NCBI GenBank assembly: GCA_964016885.1
Contig: OZ024762.1
Span: 3,720,001-3,784,000, forward strand
Direction of reading: 5' to 3'
DNA length: 64,000 bases
Source: Eledone cirrhosa
Taxonomy: Eukaryota
The stretch's first letter is position 1. Every line of letters starts with the position of its first letter. Position numbers and translations under genes: made by a program. The notes beneath the pieces are model-generated. The model ran no database searches. It was not told the DNA's origin and saw only the letters and a list, made by a program, of their open reading frames with translations. Shown in pieces: positions 38,453 to 49,949 of the stretch.

Positions 38453-38910
38453 GGTACCATTACCATCGAAGACACATCAAACATGAGCAACTTCACTCTT
38501 TCGTCTATAGTAACGAAAACATTCAATTCAGGCCAGCTTCTACAGAACACTTTTTACAAAGAAACGATAAAACTGACTCTAGTTCTACGATAGAAATCTG
38601 TTTTAAAATGTTTATATTTACCTTCCATCTTAATTCTATGGAAAAACCTTTGTTAAATTAGGCTCCAAATTCAAGCTTAAAAATGAGAAAGTTAATTATA
38701 TTACTAAATAAACCGTTCGGAATTCTTGATTATTTGAAAATCATAGGCAGAGTCTTTCATTAGAAATTTGATAACGAAAGGATAAATTATTCCAATCCAT
38801 AAAAAAACACGAAAGAGTCAATCTTATCCTATACACTGTTGCGCGTGTCTGGAAAATGGAGAGGTGGAGGGGGGGGGGGCGTTGGTATGTTGTGTGGGCT
38901 GGATTATGTA

Positions 38911-38956
<46 letters not shown>

Positions 38957-38958
<2 letters not shown>

Positions 38959-39117
38959 GTGAAATTCCGTTATAACGAATTTAACGGGTTATAAAAAAAT
39001 TCGTTGTAACGATAAATTCTTTATAACGAGATCGACCTAACACATTGAGCGTGTGGCAAGGGATTGAAAAAAAATTTCGTTATACTAAAAAATTCGTTAT
39101 AACGGAATTTTACCTGT
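38957..39117. mobile_element. pogo/Tigger-like MITE
   Basis: AAATTCCGTTATAACGAATTT / AAATTCGTTATAACGGAATTT inverted termini in TA context. Confidence 0.75.
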
Positions 39118-39201
39118 ATATATATATACACATACATACACATTTCTGTATGTAGTTGACGGACGAGAAAAGAGTACTCAATACGGAAATACAGTTTATA
39201 T

Positions 39202-39297
39202 TTTCATTTATTATGACTAAGTAATGAGCCTTGTTACTCCGGAGTTTCGCCCTGCACACTCGCAGGATCATCTTGTCTGATGATTCTGCGAGTGCCC
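39202..39297. mobile_element. Truncated, inverted pair of hammerhead-bearing repeat units; second composite at 39973-40102
   Basis: - strand ATGA-TCCTGC-GAGTGT-GCAGGGC-GAAAC-TCCGGA-GTA-ACAAG joined to + strand CTTGT-CTGATGA-TTCTGCGAGTGC. Confidence 0.6.
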
Positions 39298-39299
39298 AT

Positions 39300-39354
<55 letters not shown>

Positions 39355-39564
39355 TATATATACACATATATATATATATATACACATATACATATATATA
39401 TACACATATACATATATATATATATGTAGGAGTTGTATTTAATTTGTTGGAATTCCGACAATTTTTTATAAATATAGTTTCCATTTATTATTATCTTGGT
39501 ATAGATATATATATATATATATACAATATTAAATAAATGGAAACTATATTTATAAAACCATATT

Positions 39565-39630
39565 TATTTCATTATATATATTTCAGGGATATCATATTAA
39601 CAATATGCTATGCCTTCCTCAGACAAAATA
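39565..39630 (-). ncRNA. Candidate minimal type-I hammerhead ribozyme (sense to CAMLG pre-mRNA)
   Basis: Mirror of 39760-39825: TATTTTGT-CTGAGGA-stem II-GAAA-TATATA-TA-ATGAAATA. Confidence 0.65.
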
Positions 39631-39759
39631 CAATATAAACAGTTTTATAGATAAATAGATTCGACATACCGTAACAACATCTACTTGCATTTGAGAAGGT
39701 TCCAAGTAGATGTTGTTACGGTATGTCGAATCTATTTATCTATAAAACTGTTTATATTG

Positions 39760-39825
39760 TATTTTGTCTGAGGAAGGCATAGCATATTGTTAATATGATA
39801 TCCCTGAAATATATATAATGAAATA
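39760..39825 (+). ncRNA. Candidate minimal type-I hammerhead ribozyme
   Basis: Stem I TATTTTGT/ATGAAATA, CTGAGGA, 14-position stem II with 2 mismatches, GAAA, palindromic ATATATAT stem III, predicted cut after 39817. Confidence 0.65.
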
Positions 39826-40153
39826 AATATGGTTTTATAAATATAGTTTCCATTTATTTAATATTGTAAATATACTCCAAATATTTGTCGAGTGCTTTTA
39901 TATCAGTTATAAATATTTACTAGTTGTAACCCAACAATTTAAATATAACTTTCCATATATATATATATATATATTCATTTATGACTAAGTAGTGTGGCTT
40001 GTTACTCTGTAATTTCACCTGGGCACTCGCAGAATCACCAGACGAGTGTGCAGGTGAAACTTCGGAGTAACAAGGCTCATTACTTAGTCATAATAAATGA
40101 ATATATATATATTATATACTAATAAATGGAAACTATATTTATAAAACCATATT

Positions 40154-40219
40154 TATTTTATTATACATATTTCAAGGGCCACCAAGGCAAATTATGGTGA
40201 GCTTTCATCAGATAAAATA
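40154..40219 (-). ncRNA. Candidate minimal type-I hammerhead ribozyme (sense to CAMLG pre-mRNA), not inside a foldback
   Basis: TATTTTAT-CTGATGA-[AAGctCACCA..TGGTGgccCTT]-GAAA-TATGTA-TA-ATAAAATA: perfect 8-bp stem I and canonical core. Confidence 0.7.
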
Positions 40220-40299
40220 CAGATGTTTTATAAATAAATATTGACACACCCGGAAAAAAAGACAACCTTAACGGTTGGAGCTTCCTGGATAGATAATAT

Positions 40300-40550
40300 A
40301 TAATGTTTTAACAATTAAGATCGATATCTGAGTGACCCAAGGGTCTACAGGTTCATGTTAGGGTACTTATCAAACTAGAGTTTGATAAGTACTGACCAGG
40401 AAGTTCCTGTCCCCCTCCCTCTTTCATTTATACACCCTCACATACATACATGTACTTGTATATATATATATATATATATATATACAAGTACATGTACATA
40501 TATATACAAGTACATGTATATATATATATATATATACAAGTACATGTACT

Positions 40551-40588
<38 letters not shown>

Positions 40589-40741
40589 AGTACATGTATG
40601 TGAGGGTGTATAAATGAAAGAGGGAGGGGGACAGGAATTTCCTGGTCAGTACTTATCAAACTCTAGTTTGATAAGTACCCTAACACAAACCTGTAGACCC
40701 TTGGGTCACTCAGATATCGATCTTAATTGATAAAACATTAT
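40300..40741. repeat. Long inverted repeat (~150-bp arms) around a microsatellite core; each arm contains its own hairpin GTACTTATCAAAC..GTTTGATAAGTAC
   Basis: Arms are near-perfect reverse complements, visible also as mirror ORFs 40382-40603 (+) and 40438-40659 (-). Confidence 0.9.
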
Positions 40742-40869
40742 ATATAATCTATATTTATACATATAAAACACACATGTTTACGTACGTAATTTATGCGCAA
40801 TGAATGGACACACAAGTATGATTAACCACGGACAAAAAGCTGACGTATACGTTGTCATAATGAACCTAC

Positions 40870-40975
40870 CATCGCCATGTAGAATCTTCTTGATTCGTTC
40901 TTCAGAAAAGCGAAGGAGTCTTTGTCTTCTAACTCTACGAGCTTCATCCATTGAGCCGGCCATCGCGTCCCTCAT
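40870..40975 (-). CDS. CAMLG: CAMLG (calcium-modulating ligand / GET2, tail-anchored protein insertase subunit) exon 1; four-exon model gives 280 aa
   Basis: EARRVRRQRLLRFSEERIKKILH matches the basic GET3/TRC40-binding N-terminus of CAML (R...RRR.LL.NSE.R..RI.G); donor G|gtaggt. Start could instead be 40963 or 40951. Confidence 0.88.
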
Positions 40976-42752
40976 ACAAGCAGCCGTAGTTGCGTATTTC
41001 GTTATGGGGGTGGGGGGGATGCTAGATATTTATTTCATAAGGGGGTTTATATTTTAATATTGAAACACGAATTGGGTTTTTTAAATTAAAAAATAATAAT
41101 AATTAAGAGAATAATAAAGTCATATTTAAATATATAAATAAAGTGACAACACGATGAAACCTTGTGAATGACCAAAGCTGTAATAATTAATTGTTTCTAC
41201 TTTAGGCACAAGGCCAGCAATTACCCAGTGCATTACTGGTACTTTATTTTATCGACCCCATAAGGATGAAAGGTAAAGTCAACCTCGGCGGGATTTGAAC
41301 TCAGATCGTAAAGGGACGTAACTATGCTGGAAAGCATGGCGTCCGACCCTCTACCGATACTGCCAATCCACATAATTAATGTAATTCTGATGATGTGTAA
41401 TTTCAGGAGAATAATTCAACTCGTTAGACTTAAATAGTCTTGTATTTATTTGAATTTAAAAAAAGTTAGAGTAAAACTAATCCTAAATTCTATTCATTTA
41501 TGTGTGTAAGTTTGATTTCTTATGTATATCTTGTTCTTCGATTTTAGTTGCGTCTTTTCAATGATTGAAGAAGACAAAAAGAGATAGAAGAGAAGGAGAA
41601 ATAGAGAGAGAAGAGAGATACATATAGAGAAGGAAGAGGAGAGAGATACATAGGAAGATAGAGCAAAAGAAAGAGAGAGATCAGATAGAAATACACTGAA
41701 AGAAAAAGATAGGAGAGAGAAAGAAAGCAAAAGGAAGAGAAAGACAGTGAAAGAAAGAGGAGAGATAAAAGTTTTTCGTAGAAAGATACGAAACTATGAG
41801 ATGATACTGAGTTATTATCCCTTGATGGCCGATGGCGTCCTGTCACAAAACGGCTGATACCAAAACCAGCGCTCCCAGAGATGAAAGCCGTTTCTTCGCT
41901 CTCCACTGGTCAGATAGTCGAGAAACTTATAGGTAGTGAAACAGCAAACTTTCTAATTCATTCTTATCAACTTTTAACTTCCATCATTGAAATACATTAA
42001 AAGAAAAAAAAAACGCCTCGTTTCTATGGGTTGAAGAAGAGAAAGTTGACAAGTTGTAGAATGGCAAGAACTCAAATATCTACAACTGCTGCTTCACAGT
42101 TTTATATTATACAATCAACGCTAACAACAAAGAATTTAAAGTAATCAACCACTTTCGCCCTGATTTCCCCCCTTTTTTTCCCAAAGAAAACCATTGATGA
42201 TTGTGAATGAATGTACGATTGTATGTGTCAGACAATCAATGATTTTTTTACACACATTCCTTGTGTAACTTTCCTTTCTCCGGCCAATTTCTCTTCGGCT
42301 GAGAGCAAGACGTGGTGTAAATTTTATTTTCTTATTATTATTTAAAATTGTTTTTTTCAAACAACAGCAAAACAGATCTCTTTCGCTCTGTCTCTAACAT
42401 CAAAAGCTTACTTTATTTACACGAGTATGTGAGGTGTTAATATCAGTCTAACATTTCTACTACTCGATCTCTTTCTCGATTTAAACCAACAAACCCCTAG
42501 CCTCACCACAAAAGCTTCAAGACAACAAACAACACATATATATATATATGTACGACACACACTTTAAAAGAACAACAAGAAAAGTGGCTGATTTCCTACA
42601 GACTAAGGAGTAACCGACCGAAACAAAACATAAAAGAGAAATCTAAGAATTTCGTGTTTGTGTGTGTAGGTTAGTTTGTCGTCATCTTGGCCATTCCTAT
42701 ATTTGTCTTTCCTACATGTGTTTGAGAGCTCAGCGTGGCATACCACTGAAAC
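40976..42752. promoter_or_regulatory. Divergent (head-to-head) intergenic/5'UTR region between CAMLG and SLC25A16
   Basis: Start codons point away from each other 1.78 kb apart; more CpG and fewer repeats than the flanks; TSSs not identifiable. Confidence 0.55.
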
Positions 42753-42840
42753 ATGACAGTCTCAACAGGAAGTAGTACCTCGACCATATCTCTACCAACC
42801 ACGAATTTTGGTATTGCATGGAAAACATTTGTTGCAGGAG
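42753..42840 (+). CDS. SLC25A16: SLC25A16 (Graves disease carrier, mitochondrial CoA-related carrier) coding exon 1
   Basis: aacATG; ...AWKTFVAGG ends G|gtaagc, phase 1; continues as GIAGCC in exon 57444. Confidence 0.85.
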
Positions 42841-45800
42841 GTAAGCAGGATATTATTTATTTGTTCTCTCTCTCTCTCTCTCTCTCATCAGACCATAAAT
42901 GTTTAGAAAGTCTACTTTTAATAAATATTAAATGAGAGCTTCTATTCTCTTTCTTTCTTCTTCTCCTTCCTTCCTTCAATAATTTGTTTGACTCCCCTGA
43001 TTCCCACTCATAATACGAGGGTAGGCTGAAAAGTTCATAGGCTGACGATGATGACGGAGTGATGTTAGGGCTGTTAAATCTTCCTTTCTTTCTCTCAGGC
43101 GGTGGTGGGATATCAATGACAATAGAACTCTAATGAAGAAAACAAAAATATCACCGGATTAATTGTGTATATATTATGTACGTACACGTTAGGGTTCGGT
43201 TTGGGGGGGGGGGGGGGCTGGTATTGGAGTTAGGTTTAGAGTTCCCTCGTCTGCTCCTGTGTATGAGTGTGTGTCTGAATGGCTAAGAAGTTCGCTTCGC
43301 CATCATTAGGTTTCGATCTTATAGTGTTTCGATTCTATATTGGACAAATATCATTTTAGTTATAGTCTCGGGTCGACGACCGATCATGCCCTGTCAGTAA
43401 AAGTGTGTAGACGGAAACTGGAGGTCTGTCGGATGAGCTGGACTGTATCTGTAATTCAAAGTCCAGCCAGTCACACACAATTACATTAAATGTACACGTG
43501 TCTGTGGAATGCACAGTCACTTGTACGTTTATTACTTGAGTAGGCTGTTTTCCATTTATCAGTTTATAATTTTTTTTTAATTATACATATTTACTTTTAC
43601 TTATTTAAATATGGAATGTTACGCGATGCCCCCTCCCCTCCCCACAGCCCCGGCGGACAGGATGGAGAAGGCGTTTCCCCGAAGGACGGCAAGGGAGACG
43701 TGCTGGAAAAGTCACTCCAACTCGCGGGGTTCACACCTGCGGCTGGCCAGCTCAGCGCCTATGGTGGTGAGTAGGGAGGTAGCCCTAAGGCCGAGGACAC
43801 CAGAATTCTCCACTGCCAGAGGTACAACCGCAACATCACTCCTTCATAGTCAGCCTATGGACCAAGATACTCATGGAATGACCAAATGAGGTTTAATTTC
43901 CAACATAGTCACTGGAAAGAAACAATGCAATTAATAAGTAAAGTTGAAATTAATGCATGCAAGATTTCACTGCTCTAACATCAACATGTTTTCCATTGGT
44001 TGAACAACTGGAAGACTCATCGTCGAAACCAACGGAGGTTCATTCCATATACAAGGGTCTGCAGAAAAGTTCGTAGGCTGACCACGACACTCATGAAATG
44101 ACCAAATGAGGTTTATTTTTCAACATACTACATGGAAAGAAACAATTCAGTTATTAATAAGTAGAATTGAAATTAACGCATGCAAGATTTCAAAGCTCTA
44201 GCATCACTCCTTCATAGGTTGACCAAGATAAATGAGGTTTATTTTTCAACATAGTCCCTGGAAAGCAACAATGCAGTTATTGATAAGTAGAGTTGAAATT
44301 AAATGCATACAAGATTTCACAGCTCGTGTGTCACTCCTTCATAGTCAGCCTATGGCCAAGATACACTCATGGAGTTGAAATTAATGCATGCAAGATTTCA
44401 CTGCTCTAACATCAATCCTTCATAGTCAGCCTATGGACTTTTCAGTCTACCCTCATATCACGAGTGGAGCATGCGAAATAAATCCAGTGAATCAAACAAG
44501 GGATTATTAAATTTGCTAAGGTAAGATTCTCTTGTTATTTTGGCAATTTTAATTTTCTAGTGGATTGTATGGTTTTCAGAATTATTTAAATTTGTTTCCT
44601 ATTCAACAATGCTTCAAGCAACCTACAACACTAATTTATTTTTATTTTCTTCATTCGAGATCTAATGTCGATGATAGCCTATGATGGGAAGTTGATTTAA
44701 GTGAAAGGGTTTCATTCATAAAATCTAATGAAACACTTTTTCAGCACCTTACTCCATTGCCTTGACCTATCATATATTATGTAAACACACATTGAATAAA
44801 TTTATTCCTAAAACACCCCCTTCAATCATGAAAGACCATGGGTTTTGCACCTAGATTGTTCCCCTCTGAGGCACATGTCCAGGCAATGGTTTTTTGTGGA
44901 AGATCAGCAGTCACTCATGCACAGCACAAGCTTTCCGAAACTAAGGGTCTTTTGAGGCTTAAGCTCCTCCAATAATTTGTTTCACTATATTTGTACTTTG
45001 GTTTTTACTTCATTGATTTTCTATTGACTCTAAATATGTTAATATGATCATAGTTTTAATGTCTTAGTCTCGTATTGGTGAGAAAAAAGCGTGAGCTAAT
45101 AATAATAATAATGATTTCTGATTTAGGCACAAGGCCAGCAATTTTGTGGGACGGGACTGGTGTTTTATTTTATCAACCCCCGTAAGGACAAAAGACAAAA
45201 CTAAACTCGGAAGGATTTGAACTCATGCATGAGCTAATAATAATACACATGTACAGTATATATACTTAAGCCCCTCCAATCCCTAAACTGTAACGGAAGT
45301 TCAGTACCAGTCTCACCTCTCAATGTCACCGATGTTGTCCAAGCAAAAGGTAAAGGTACCAGTGATGTCACAACTTATGTACACACACAATATATATATA
45401 TATATATATATAGTGCTTTTAATAAATAATTGCCGTTTAATGTCCACCTTCCACGCTAGCATGAGTTAGATGGGTTCCATTTGAGGCAGGTTGGGTCAAG
45501 TGACCATATCCTGCTCATACAGAACTGTTTCTGGCTAGATTTCTACAGCTGGATGCCCTTCCTGATGCCAACCATATTTACAGTGTGGCCTGGGTGCTTT
45601 TTGTTGAGACACCTACACGACCACTTTACAATGTGGACTGGATGCTTTTTGTCGCTACACCTACATGACCATATATATTATATGAATAATATCTTAACAC
45701 AAATGCATGTTACCTATGGTTTCAAAGTTCAACCAGCAGAGGACATAGACATTTTAGTGTAGTTATCTTCGGACATTATATATGATGTCGGTGGTTTGGC

Positions 45801-46634
45801 AGTTCCGGTAGAGGGTCGGACAATAGTTACGATTCTTTACGTTCTGAGTTCAAATCCCGCCGAGGTTAACTTTGCCTTTCACCCATACGGGGGTCGATAA
45901 AATAAAGTACCAGTAATGTACTGAGTAATTGCTGGCCTTGTGCCAAAAGTAGAAACAATTATATATGATGTCCAAGGAAAAAGCTGCTACAGCTTGGCAC
46001 CATTTCTACAGCTGAGTGAACTGGAGCAGCTTGACATAAAGTGTCTTGCTCAAGGACATAACACATCACCTGGTCTGGGAATTGAACTCACAACCTCAGT
46101 ATTGTGAATCCAACTCTAACCACTAAGCCACACGCCTTCACATATCCCTAAAGTAATGGAATGGCCACAGTGTACCTTACCTTAGTTACACTCCTGCATC
46201 TAGGTGCTCCATCTTCCCTTGATGTCCTTATAATGGTTAATCTAAGCTAGTGGTTCCCAAAGTGGGTTCCACCAAGGAGTGTCTGGGATTCTGTGAAAAA
46301 AAGGTAGAGGAGTATAACCATATAACAGTATTAGACTTTGGGCTTCCCCACAAAGTTTCTGAACCAAAAGGGGTTCCGCTTTTGAAAACGTTTGGGGAAA
46401 CCCTAATTTAAGTGATGGTTTGTGAGTGTGGATAAGTTCATATATGTTAGGAAGGGCCAAATCTAACCTTTCTAGCTTGTGTCCCTTCTCCTGGGAGAGG
46501 AGAGAAAGAGAGACAAGTCTGTTTTAACAAACAACCAAGGGCCAGACAGGAAATATCCAAATCACACTGCCATTATGGCATATATAAATAAACTCATTCA
46601 AACTCACTAACCTCACTGTATAATTATTTACTGG

Positions 46635-46830
46635 CACAGACCATCACCAACATCACCATAACCATCACAACCACAATTACCATCACCATAACAACCATCA
46701 CCATAACAACTATCACCACCATAACCATCGCCACCATCACAACAACTATCACCACAAGCACCATCATAACCACAACCACAACTATAACTACCATCAGCAC
46801 CATTACCACCACTATAATCCACCACCACAT
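46635..46830. repeat. Degenerate (CCA/CAT)n trinucleotide tract; similar tracts at 53525-53935 and 62110-62320
   Basis: Directly visible. Confidence 0.9.
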
Positions 46831-47207
46831 ACACGTGTCTTTTTGTACCGATAAACTCTTAAACTTTTATACCTTTTTTTATTGACAACACTGGCTTTTC
46901 TTTACTTTGTTGATGATGATGATCGTGTTTGTGTGTGTGTATGTGTGGGAAATAAACGCATCGACCGACAAGAGGCTCTTAAGATATGGTTGCTCGCCTT
47001 GCTAGAAATAGCAGCAAGAAGCTTGAATCTCACTCGAACTATTACATCATAACGACAAACACACACACACTCACTTACACACAGACCCACTCACATAAAC
47101 ACACACGCACTCACAACCACTCACACTCATGCACACATGAATACACTTACACATACAGACACAGACGCTCATACACACACACACACACACACATATACAC
47201 GCATACA

Positions 47208-47852
47208 CATTTGGTCAATTTAGTTGTGATTAGTTTAGCTCTAAAATGGTCAGAAAATGCAATTTGAGTCCAAGCTGGTCATATTACATTTACAGCTTTC
47301 AATAATTATTAAGTGATTATAGCAAAATGACCTATGAAATCTGTCTCTGAATACACATACTAGCAATTGGTAATACACATACTAGCAATTGGTAATACAC
47401 ATACTAGCAATTGGTAATACACATACTAGCAATTGGTAATACACATACTAGCAATTGGTAATACACATACTAGCAATTGGTAATACACATACTAGCAATT
47501 GGTAATACACATACTAGCAATTGGTAATACACATACTAACAATTGGTAATACACACTAGCAATTGGCAATACACAAACTAGCAATTGGCAATACACATAC
47601 TAGCAATTGGCAATACACACACTAGCAATTGGCAATACACATACTAGCAATTGGCAATACACATACTAGCAATTGGCAATACACAAACTAGCAATTGGCA
47701 ATACACATACTAACAATTGGTAATACACACACTAGCAATTGGCAATACACATACTAGCAATTGGCAATACACATACTAGCAATTGGCAATACACAAACTA
47801 GCAATTGGCAATACACATACTAGCAATTGGCAATACACATACTAGCAATTGG
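47208..47852 (+). repeat. Dispersed repeat head (47208-47350) plus expanded 22-bp minisatellite TACACATACTAGCAATTGG(T/C)AA, about 23 copies
   Basis: Directly visible; head matches 2478-2632 in reverse complement. Confidence 0.92.
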
Positions 47853-49109
47853 CCAATAGCTCTTCCCCCCCCCCCCCAAAAAAAAAAATTGTATACTTCG
47901 TTCGTTTAATTTAATTACACAACATAATCAAATATATATAATACAATATTGAATATAGATGTCATAACAATTGTTTCCACTTTAGGCACAAGGCCAGCAA
48001 TTTGAACGGGTGGGGAAAGTTGATTAAATCGACCTCTGTGCATTACTGATACTTTATTTTATCGACCCCGTAAGGATGAAAGGCAAAGTTAACCTCGGCG
48101 GGATTTGAACTCTGACTGTAAAGGGCCGTAACTCTATGCTGCAAAGCATGGTGTCCTACCCTCTAACCGATACTGCCAATCCACCTGATAATAATGATTG
48201 GCGTGCATAAACATTTTTGTTATAAAATTATGAACATCTGCACCTCACCAAAATGATAGGAGCAATACACTAATGGCCGTTGGCCATTGTCCCCGGAAAT
48301 GCCTTTCCCAATTTGTCTGCGGGGCGCAGCCGAAACACTGCTCTGACTTAGTGTAGAGTCTGTCACCCTTCCTTCTTTCTTGTGTCACCAAATAAACCTT
48401 GCCCTTTCTCTTCCATTTATAACATTTATAGTCCTTTCCAATGCTACTTTCTTCTATATGTTTGACTAAATATTAAATTCTTTATTATTTTTATGTAATT
48501 TTATCCTAGAAATATAGTGTACTACCGTTGGCATTCACGGTCGTCCCAGTTATTCGCTAATAATTGTTTGTGGAAACCACCGCATATTCGAGGAATAGTA
48601 AATATCTTCCGCGATTTTTTATGGCTTTTTCCGAAAGCTAAATTATTAATAACAATATACCGTATTTGCCGGCCTATTGAACGCCCCTTCGTATAAGACC
48701 TTCGTGGGTACTAGGAACGTAACCCCCGCGAATATTGGGGGACAATTTTATTTGAATATTTTGAAATAAAATTTGATTAATTAAAAAGAGAATAATTAAA
48801 TATATCAATCAAATACATTTTCATTAGATAATTATTTATGCTGACTGTAAGGCCGACCGAGGGTTTAACGGCGACACCCAGTGATTCAGAGTATATTGGC
48901 AATTTGAATGAGTAATATTACATATATGAGTAATATCGATTATTACTAACAAAGGACACATGGCTTTACATTTTTGGTGGGGTAGTGACAAAATTCGATT
49001 ATGTCTATCGTGGTATTTTGACCTCGGTGGGGTTTGAACCTAGAAGGTAAAAATAACCTTATATCCGGCACTCTATTGTTTCTGTGAAAGTAGATAAGGT
49101 AAATTTAGA

Positions 49110-49323
49110 GATTTCTGTGAAAAAAAAAATTTTTTCCCCCGGTTTTCTTCGTGCCTTATCAACTTATTGAACATCCTGGATGCTCGCTATCGACTACCCA
49201 CTTTCCCCAGTTCGGGGTTCGGTTTCAGTTTCGGTTTTCCGAGAAAAACATCCGATTGTGAGCACTTGGAAGTCAAATTAGTTGATAGCACACGAGGGAG
49301 AAAAAAAGTTTCTCACTAAAATC
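49110..49323. mobile_element. Degenerate foldback/MITE
   Basis: CGTGCCTTATCAACTTATTGA vs TCAAATTAGTTGATAGCACACG and outer GATTT.TGTGA / TCACTAAAATC arms. Confidence 0.45.
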
Positions 49324-49949
49324 GAAGTGGTTATCGAAGTTAATTTTACCATAAATAATGATTTCTACTATAGCCACAAGGCCAGCAATTAACCCAGTGC
49401 ATTACTCAGACCGCAAAGGGGCACAACTCTATACTGCAAAGCATGGCGTCTGACGCTTTACCGATATTGCTACTATAGGCACAAGGCCAGCAATTTGGAG
49501 GGGGCGGGATGGGTGGGGGGTGGGGAGTCGATTAAATCGACACCAGTTCATTACTGGTGCTTCATTTTATCCACTCCCGTAAGGTAGGTCGAAAGGCAAA
49601 GTTAACCCCGGCGCGATCTGCACTCAGAACGTAAAGAGACATAACTCTGTGCTGCAAAGCATGGTGTCCGAAGCTCTACCGATTCTGCGAATATAATAAT
49701 CGAGTTTTCATGATATAAACGTTTAGCAGTTCTAAGAAAGTGAGACGTTTATGGTAATGTTCCAAATTTCTTTCTAAATTTGTCAACATTACAGACGGCT
49801 TCCTTCCGCTCCTGTATGATGTAAACAGTGCAGAGATATTGCTACGTGACTCATATCCTTGTCTCTTTTCTTTCGGTTAATTGGAATTTTTGACCCTATA
49901 TCCTCAGTGTCTCATATCCTAATGTGTTTTGTCTTAATCGCATTGGTGC

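Larger units (their letters stand above)
39522..39955. mobile_element. Foldback element: ~165-bp perfect inverted arms (39522-39688 / 39702-39869) with a short spacer plus unpaired tail, in (TA)n
   Basis: Arms read as exact reverse complements; same family as 10510-10872. Confidence 0.9.

Noticed and set aside
49790-49900. Possible C/D-box snoRNA (ATGATG motif)
   Set aside because: Imperfect C box, and no D box with terminal stem at a suitable distance
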